Of a DNA stretch of 31,058 nucleotides, positions 23,301 through 31,058 are shown in pieces. The notes under the pieces are model-generated. The model did not search any database. It saw only the letters and a list, made by a program, of their open reading frames with translations, and was not told the origin of the DNA. The translations under genes were made by a program, and so were the position numbers. The stretch comes from Paramecium tetraurelia (lineage: Eukaryota). How positions within the stretch are numbered: position 1 is the stretch's first letter; each line of letters starts with the position of its first letter. The stretch spans positions 271,173 to 302,230 of the forward strand of contig CT867995.1 in the NCBI GenBank assembly GCA_000165425.1, in the 5' to 3' direction.

Positions 23301-25650
23301 AACAATAACTAGTAGCCACCATGTTATTGATGCAAAGGAATTCAATACCAATGATGTTTGAAGAACGTAGAAGAATCCTTTCATATTTAGATAATCTTTG
23401 GGTATATTATTAAAGCTATCAATATCCTTGTTGATTAATTTTTTGACTTGATGAGAGCCTTCAGTTATCAGTGCTGTGTTAGGTGTTCAGTTGCTACTTC
23501 TAGCAATTAAAAGAAAATCATGCCAAAAGGTTACTTAACTTGCAATTTTGAAATGTTGTCTCTAAATGTAGTCGTTGGGCATTTAATATTTTAGAAGATA
23601 ATGTGCAGTTTATGTTTTGTATTTGAAATTTCGCTCACCTTAATCACAGAATTGTATCATTGGATTTATATAAATCTTCCTGACTAAAACTCTTTGAAAG
23701 AAGCCATTTGAATAATATATTTTGATAACTAGACTGAAGATTATGCAATCTATTCTATTTGTGATTTAACAATAATGGATCTGATAAATCCTCTTTCTCT
23801 TTTCCTGAATTTGATACTCATAATACTGATCGCTGCTTCGTGTTTTGTATCTAAGGACAAATGCATATCAACTACTTCATGCAAATCGAAGGAGATTCAA
23901 TTGACAACAATGCCTTATCAAAAAAAGCATAGGCTCTTGAGAATGTTCTTAACAATCTCTAAATTTTTAATCTAACCCTTTAAAAGTCATTTTGAAATGG
24001 TGGAAGTTCTGCTTTATACAGAATTCTCAAACTTGTGATATCAGCTTTCCATCAAATTTCTAAATTTCTAATCTGCATCCACCTTTTTAACAATTCTACA
24101 TGTATCCTTCGCATTCCTTATTAGACAAAGCAAATTTAGGGCCATTCTCACATGTCTTCTCTACAGAGTTAGTTGCTTTCTAAACTTAGATCATCGTTAC
24201 TAATTAAATTAAATATGTCTAAAATAATATTCTTTGCCTTTCATTTATGATTACCTCCATCCTTTACAACTTTAACAATTTTGATCACGCTGTATTCAAT
24301 GATAGTATTTTGAATATGTGAATAAGGTTTTCAAATTGGTAAATTTGAAAACTTGTCAACTGTGTAGCAATATTTGCAATATAATTCGATTAAATTGCCC
24401 AACTAAATTAGTCTTATTTTACAGTTAATTGGTATGTAAAAACCTTTGGAGTAATTCAGAAATTCATTAAGATCAAATACTGTTACACTAGAACTGCATA
24501 ATATTATTATGATAAAAAGCATCAAATTTATAAAGCTTCGTGAACTCAAAATATTTTTAATAATGTTACAGCTTATTAGATAACGATTCATAACAACCTA
24601 AATTAATTAGTGCATACATCCTATAGCATGATTTGCATTCTTTGTTAAAGCTAATATTGAAATTTGAGAATATTTTTGAATAAGTTTTCTTCAATGGCTT
24701 TAATCTCTCGTCATTAATTGTGCACCCTAAATCAATGTGTACCCTGATAAATACAGATTAACTTCTCAAGATCCTATTTTATTTTTTGAAAGTATTCAGT
24801 AACTTCAAAGCATCTAGAAATAGCTTGGCTAGCTTCTGTCTCTATGGCAATTTATACATATCCAGTTTGCCTTCGTGTTGTATTCCTTGTAGCTTTAGAG
24901 AAAAAATTCTTAATGTGGTTGCTCTACTCTTACTAGTCAGATAAACAATAAATCCTGATAAGAAAACAATATATATATGCACTTACTGTCTACATATCTG
25001 CAGGGTCTAGCGATTAGCATTTCTTTATATATTTCTAAAAATTTTATCTGTAGATATTCCAAATTTGTATACTCCATATCGGAAATAAACCATAGACAAT
25101 AATAGAGCCCAAAAAAGGAAATAGTTTCAAGAGTTCTGATATCATATGTACTGTTGATAGATATAGTACTGATTGGGTCAAAAATTAACCACTATTTGTT
25201 AAATCACGAATGATTTTATCATAGAGCTATTATAATTCTTTCTTCTAAGAATGATATTAATAGTTAGCACCCTTACATTATGTGCTGATAGTTACACTTG
25301 ATTAGACTATATATAGGCTTATGATCCCCCAGGTTCGTGTAGTTATGTGCTAATCGAATAAATACTAATCTCCCGCTTCTAGATAACTAATTAATTAGGG
25401 ATTCTGTTGATATACTTTAATCAATGGCATAAATACATTTTGGTATGATTTAATGGCAAGGCCATTATTCATAACAGTTGAGCCATAAAACCCATTAAAG
25501 AAATACATTGATAAAGCACACTACACTAAACTGTTCATATGTAGTTAAGTAGTAAATGTATCAGAAACTTGGGAATATTAGGAAGCATCTTCAATTATTT
25601 TTTCATATATTTTGATTATAATTATTAAACCACTCAATATTCTGTTTTCC
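20400..25650 (+). pseudogene. Decayed large Cys-rich cell-surface protein gene(s)
   Basis: Scattered Cys-periodic fragments (RYYDDGNNAF ~20463, LSLKQCILF ~21235, GGFCSSTSDN 22829, AASCFVSKDKCISTTSCKS ~23830) in shifting frames with many TGAs, ending in hydrophobic SSIIFSYILIIII (~25590-25630). May be more than one gene. Confidence 0.55.
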
Positions 25651-25899
25651 TTCATGTTAGACTTTTAGAGCATCTTAAGCCAATTTATAAAGTGTAATAA
25701 TCATTTTGCTTATTCCTTTTTGACAAGGAGAACTTGCTTGCCCACTTGTTAATTGTACCATTTAGTAGGAAATTAACGAGCTTGAAAATATTGTAACAGG
25801 CTATATAATACATTAATTTCAAAAAACTTTTTTTTCTCGTTGTATAATTCTAAATAATGAGAAGTTTGAAGCTAATAATGCTGACTACTTAAGCCTGTC

Positions 25900-28800
25900 A
25901 ATTTATATTGAATCATTCTGATGTTAACTTTTCGTGGTGGTTTATTTCTCTTATTCTATAAAAATACATTTATTATATTGGCATACAGGATTTGATTTGT
26001 AGATACAACTAGAAATAAAATCAATTTGATTGATAATTCTCTGATCGTCCTATGCAATTTAGTCAAGCGACTTCCCTAAGTTTTTGAGCATCTACAAATT
26101 AGCGACATGCCCTTTTTTCAGTGATATCTAAATAATTTAGTCGCTTAGGATAAATTAAAAAATACAAAACTTCGCCTATTTTGTTGAATGATCTTGAATA
26201 GAATTGAAGATCAAAATCTAAAGGCCATCCTTATCTTATCCATCTGTCTATTTGGCATGGATTTAGCAGTTCCATATTTATTGCCAATTCTGCAATTCTT
26301 ATTTTTCAAAAGAGAGACCACTTATTCACGATTAGGTCAAATATGTTGATGGTAAAAGCAGATAAACATTTCTTAAGATTATATAAAAAATTCATTTTCA
26401 CTTTGCCATGCTTTCTATTTTAAGTACTATTGCCTCTATGAAAGATATCGTTTAAATTAGTTTTCTATTTGTTATTTAGTTTAGTAAAATAATTTAGCTG
26501 ATGGAGGGGTATTAAAACACATAAGAGATGCTTCATCTGAATTACTATTAGATGGATCAATTCTGAACCTAAAACCGAGTTGCTTGTACAAGCCATGATT
26601 TCAAGATTATTAAATAATCCTTATTCTCTTTCTTATCTAACAAATAGAGAATATCCCCAAATCAGTAAAAGTGGAGATTATTAAATGGAGAAAGACTATA
26701 AATTTGTAATATTTTTGGGTAATCATCTTTTGTTCTAATTAAAAATCGTTGTTTAACTTTAAGTCTACTTGTCTGGTGAGAGAATAACTCTTCATTCTCT
26801 CTATTAAAGTACTTTATTACTTATGAAATTTATGTAAAGACTTGAGCTATTTGGTTTCGATACCATGTACTACTAGTGAGGCTTGAGGATAATGTTACCA
26901 GTATCTATCAAATAAAACTGCAATAAAGTAGAGCATTCATAAATTTTAATAGAGCTAACCAATAATCTTATGATGTATCATAAAATTTAATTGAATGGAC
27001 AACTCAAATTTGATGACTAAATAATTTATTTTGTTAAATAAGAATATTGAATAAGTAGGAAAATGATAATAATATAATGAATGGCTAATATGTAAGCTAG
27101 AAGATAAATGTTTTTCATTTTCCTTATGCAATTCAGGCAGTTAACGTTCTAAATTCTGATTCTATTTAATATGTATCAACTTTATACTTACTTCCTTGTA
27201 TAACTACTTAATTCTTGAAAGTGGATGATAGTTTCGAATTTACATTTGCATGTGCTGTTCAACATTTACTGTATGTATTATGAAGAAACTGTTGTGATAA
27301 ATATAATACAGAATTAATACCATCTCTTCTTTTCAGAAAATAACTCATGATTAACTTTTACTTATTGTACAGCAGATGGCTTGTGAAAGCTTTAAATTAT
27401 GAGCATAATTGTGCTACTTGACTCAAAAGCTAAATGTTCTGTTAATGTACAACATGTACTGCTAATTATATTTGCATATGATCAAGATCGATATTGAGGC
27501 TCTTGTAAACGCACATCATTATTTTGCCCTTGCATATTTTAGTTTAATTGATTTAAATCTGCCAAACTTGCACACCCTAAATTTATTATCGTTATCATGA
27601 TGTGCTAATTTATACCGCATTTACATTATTGCTTATAAAAATAGTTATTTTTTATATCATGGCAGATACTAAATACGCTATTTCTCAATCTGATTATTAT
27701 TTGAAAACCTAAATTTATTAAAAAATTAGATCTTTTGTAAATTTATTTTACTTTCCTTAACAAATCTGAATCTACATATGGAGGTTTATTCAGACTTTCT
27801 TCCTTTTAAATAGTGCATCTCAGCTATCCTGACTGTATCACTCCTTATGTACAATGGATGTTGTGAAACATGCTCTCAAGCTATTTCTTTCATACAAACC
27901 CCTGTAACTTTATAATATAAGTTACATAGTCAGCTGCTCTCCAAATATTTGAGTAGTGATCTTATTCAATATATGTAATATTTTGTAAGCACTATTTATT
28001 TACTATATTAAATAAATAACCAGGATTTGGTGTACATGCATCTCCATATAAACTAGATGTTCTGTCCAATAAGCATTAGATATTACACAGTGCTTTATTA
28101 CTAACAATATTTAAAGTTACTATAGATATTGTCTATCCTCTTGGAAGCGATTACACTATTCTAAAACCTTTGTCTGATATATTTGGTTTCTGCAATATAT
28201 CTCATAATTGTATTGTTGGCTATTCCTAAGATTGCCTGGTTTATTGGAATATCCTTCGATCATAATCAATTTTCACGATTCTTTTGCAATAATATTAATA
28301 ACCCCTAAAAGTTTAGAGAAGTATCTTTTGTGGATAATTATTCATATACTACACATCCACTTGGACATTATTTGGTGGCCGTCACTATTTTTAATCATAT
28401 TGTCAAACCTTATATTTTTTTTAAATCAGCAGGCGTTTTGGTTGAATAATATGGCGCTTTTTTGTTAATACAAATTACTTATTTTAAAGCATTTTCAAAT
28501 CCTCTTTGCATCCGCTTTCCTTCTAGAGCCTTTTAAAGTTAATTTAATGTTGACAACTTGTATTTATCAGAGTCATTATGTTATTCTAATTTTTTCTTTG
28601 TTGTGCTTATTTATAATTATACTGTATTTGCTTCAACCAATTGTTGTAAATATCACCATTAATAATTCTTAATTGAGGTCCAAACTCCTCGAATCTTGTA
28701 GTCTTACTTAGTAGTATTCAAACCTGCCAACTTTACAACCTAAATACAGGAGTAGCTAAATCATGTATGGAGTATCTGGAGATGTATACAGTACAATATT

Positions 28801-29879
28801 GTCCGACTGCAACAGTATCTAATAAGAACTGAGTCTTCTATTATTTTGACTTTCTAGATGAACTTGCTCTCTAATGAGTTGAATAGCTCCAATCTACTTG
28901 ATGTACTTATGGATTCTATATTTTAGCTGCATAACACTGCTCATCGGGTTCAATATATGCTGATTTTTCCCTTGATTACTGTCAATATTACAAATAAGCA
29001 TATTTTCTATTCTTGTAATGATGCACAATTGGAGTGATATTGTACATCCTTATTCAAAATGTTTGAAATGCGTTTTACTGTTGATATTTGTCCTAAAGTT
29101 ATTCTAAAATCTCACCTTATGGATGTAGTAAGGTTTTGCATCGTAAAATATTCACGACATGTAATTGCGGTTAATATAAATCATATGCTCCATTTATTGC
29201 ATTACTCTGGTTTCATAGCATTTTAATCTTGTTCTCCAATATTCTTCCTTAATAATAGTGTTTAATTCATTTTTAAGAACCTTGCAAAATATGTTGATAT
29301 GCTCAGAAAGCTGAAATTAATATTAAAATGCATTTCACAAGCACCACATCAATTCTAATCTATAATTCTTGTGTTATGAGTTTATCAATGAAGATCATTT
29401 GATACTTACCATTTATACATAATTCATTTCTTCAATTCCGACACCTTCTAAATGTTTTCAATTCAAAATTTCATTACATCTGTCTTAGCTACCGAATCAT
29501 TTAGTTTTGTCATAGATGTGTGATCTTACTTAGAATTGGCAGTTACAGAAATAGCTTACGAGGCATGAAAATTACCATAAATGGTTAAATGCACTGTGTC
29601 TGAAATATTAATAAAGAATATAAATTCATTCTATTAATGAATAATCATTATTTATCAAAGAAAAGGGATCTTGGAGGTAGGATTCATTATTTGTTAAATA
29701 CTTTAATGTTGCCTCTCTTCTGTGTTGTGATGATACTATACATTTTGAGTCTGTCTAGATATTACATTTAGATGTAAAATTACTCTGGTTTCAAATGGTA
29801 CTCTCAAATGTATAATGTATTGAGATTTGACAGTACATAAGCCTAAACAGAATATTATTAAATTGCCTAAGCCCTACAT
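25900..29879 (-). pseudogene. Decayed Cys-rich (furin-like repeat) surface protein gene
   Basis: Signal-like MQGLGNLIIFCLGLCTVKSQ from 29879; VQYHSNCAS (~29045-29019); CLLDRTSSLYGDACTPNPGYLFNIVNKQCLQ (~28076-27985); QQCKCG. Numerous frameshifts and TGAs; the 3' limit is approximate. Confidence 0.6.
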
Positions 29880-30127
29880 CAATACTACCATTGTGGAGTC
29901 CCTTCCCATATCTGACCATCATAGTTTATTCCTTTATACTCTTTATTTCACTTTAATTCCTTTTAGGAGTATACTATACTATAATGTTTATTAATCCAGA
30001 TGTATTTCATTCCTTTTAATCGTCCTTTCTTTCTCTTTCTTGAGCATTAAGTGATAAAAGATGTTCCTAATTTGTCTAAAAAAAAATCATATCTAAAATT
30101 GTCTGATTATTATTTCCTCGTATGAAT

Positions 30128-30478
30128 TCAAATTTTAAAATCCTTAAAAAGGAAGATTTGCTTTTTAAAATTTTTCTATAAGTATTATCTAAAGCCTCCA
30201 GTTCGTTCAGCTAAGTATTAGATTTATTCTATTATGTTCTTTTGATCTTTAAAGTTATTATAATGTGGGATTTACAAAGGTCTAATATCAATTTATCTTA
30301 ATCCTAAATTAGTCAAACTAATTTCTTCTCCAAAGGTGGAGAGCATTGCTGATATCATATCTAGTCTTGCATCATTTGGATTCATTCTTGCCGAATTATT
30401 CTGAGCTACCTTGTCCCAATTTTCTTTATTGGCATCATCCAACCCGAAATTGTTCTAGAACATTTTAATTCCAGTCAT
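30128..30478 (-). pseudogene. Fragment of a disrupted ORF of unknown family (116-aa open segment)
   Basis: MTGIKMFQNNFGLDDANKENWDKVAQNNSARMNPNDARLDMISAMLSTFGEEISL...DFKI*. The same frame continues upstream through a single TGA (30499-30497, HPQ*IGLRGL) into the 47-bp array, and downstream sequence stays protein-like in another frame. Confidence 0.5.
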
Positions 30479-30622
30479 TAGACCTCTTAAACCTATTCAT
30501 TAAGGATGGAAAATCAAGCCCTAATTTTACTCAAGGCCAGATGAATATTAGCTTGAATTTATGGAACAAGATATGCAGGAGTTAATACTAGAATTTGGAT
30601 TGGAGGAATAACTTTTGGGGTT

Positions 30623-30810
30623 GGTCAAGACTGCCTAGAACTGTCTCTATAGGAAGCAGTAATATGGTCGGTCAAGACTGCCTAGAACTGTCTCTATAGG
30701 AAGCAGTAATATGGTCGGTCAAGACTGCCTAGAACTGTCTCTATAGGAAGCAGTAATATGGTCGGTCAAGACTGCCTAGAACTGTCTCTATAGGAAGCAG
30801 TAATATGGTC
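30623..30810. repeat. Perfect tandem minisatellite, 4 x 47 bp
   Basis: Unit GGTCAAGACTGCCTAGAACTGTCTCTATAGGAAGCAGTAATATGGTC starts at 30623, 30670, 30717 and 30764. Copies are identical, with no spacers; 21/47 bases are G+C. Confidence 0.98.
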
Positions 30811-31058
30811 GGCCCTGAGGAAGACTAACCTGATACGTACTAGTGTGGGTAGGGCTGAGTCAATGAGGTGTTAAAAACGCGAAGTTTTGAAAGATAGATT
30901 AGAGGGGGTGTCAGTTTTAGAATTTTTAAGTTAATTATTTACTTATATATATAAGTATAAATTTGATAATCACTCAATGAGAAATTTTAATTCCTTTTGT
31001 CACTTTTTTATTTGATTAACTTAAACCTTAAATTTACCCTATAATTTTGAGAGTTCAC

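Noticed and set aside
4412..28468. Supplied short ORFs (4412, 5472, 5920, 11760, 12255-12494, 16836, 17321, 18804, 23775, 24403, 28208)
   Set aside because: Computed with the wrong genetic code. They are antisense or off-frame shadows, span the N gap, lack support, or are fragments of pseudogenes. Only 384-569 matches an exon of an intact gene.
30613..30624. TTTTGGGGTTGG as an internal telomeric repeat beside the array
   Set aside because: Fewer than two full repeats; compatible with chance.
30623..30810. CRISPR-like appearance of the 47-bp repeats
   Set aside because: Units are contiguous and identical with no spacers; there are no cas genes and the context is eukaryotic.
30940..30957. 18-bp perfect palindrome TACTTATATATATAAGTA
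   Set aside because: Built around a TA run in very AT-rich DNA; no matching partner end was found to support a transposon or IES terminus.

Overview
Very AT-rich eukaryotic DNA that reads as a Paramecium-type ciliate genome: TAA/TAG encode Gln, TGA is the only stop, and introns are 20-29 nt. The supplied standard-code ORF track is therefore mostly artefactual. The first ~5.2 kb is compact and intact: a histidine phosphatase, a protein with degenerate cNMP-binding-like domains, a 71-aa ORF, RanBP1 and a divergent Rab. At 5.7-9.3 kb is the main feature, a TPR-array gene built from tandem units of one 102-nt exon plus one phase-1 micro-intron. Each splice junction falls inside TPR helix A, among the most variable (ligand-contacting) positions, so exon skipping or recombination would create new in-frame binding surfaces. 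From ~9.3 kb on, the window is largely decayed genes: a STAND/NACHT-type pentapeptide-WD40 gene with an N-terminal LRGG|GCG motif (interrupted by a 150-N gap) and two large convergent Cys-rich surface-protein relics. One intact secreted discoidin-like gene survives at 17.2-17.7 kb. The window ends with a disrupted ORF preceded by a perfect 4 x 47-bp GC-rich tandem array. All gene models were read by hand, and pseudogene boundaries are approximate.
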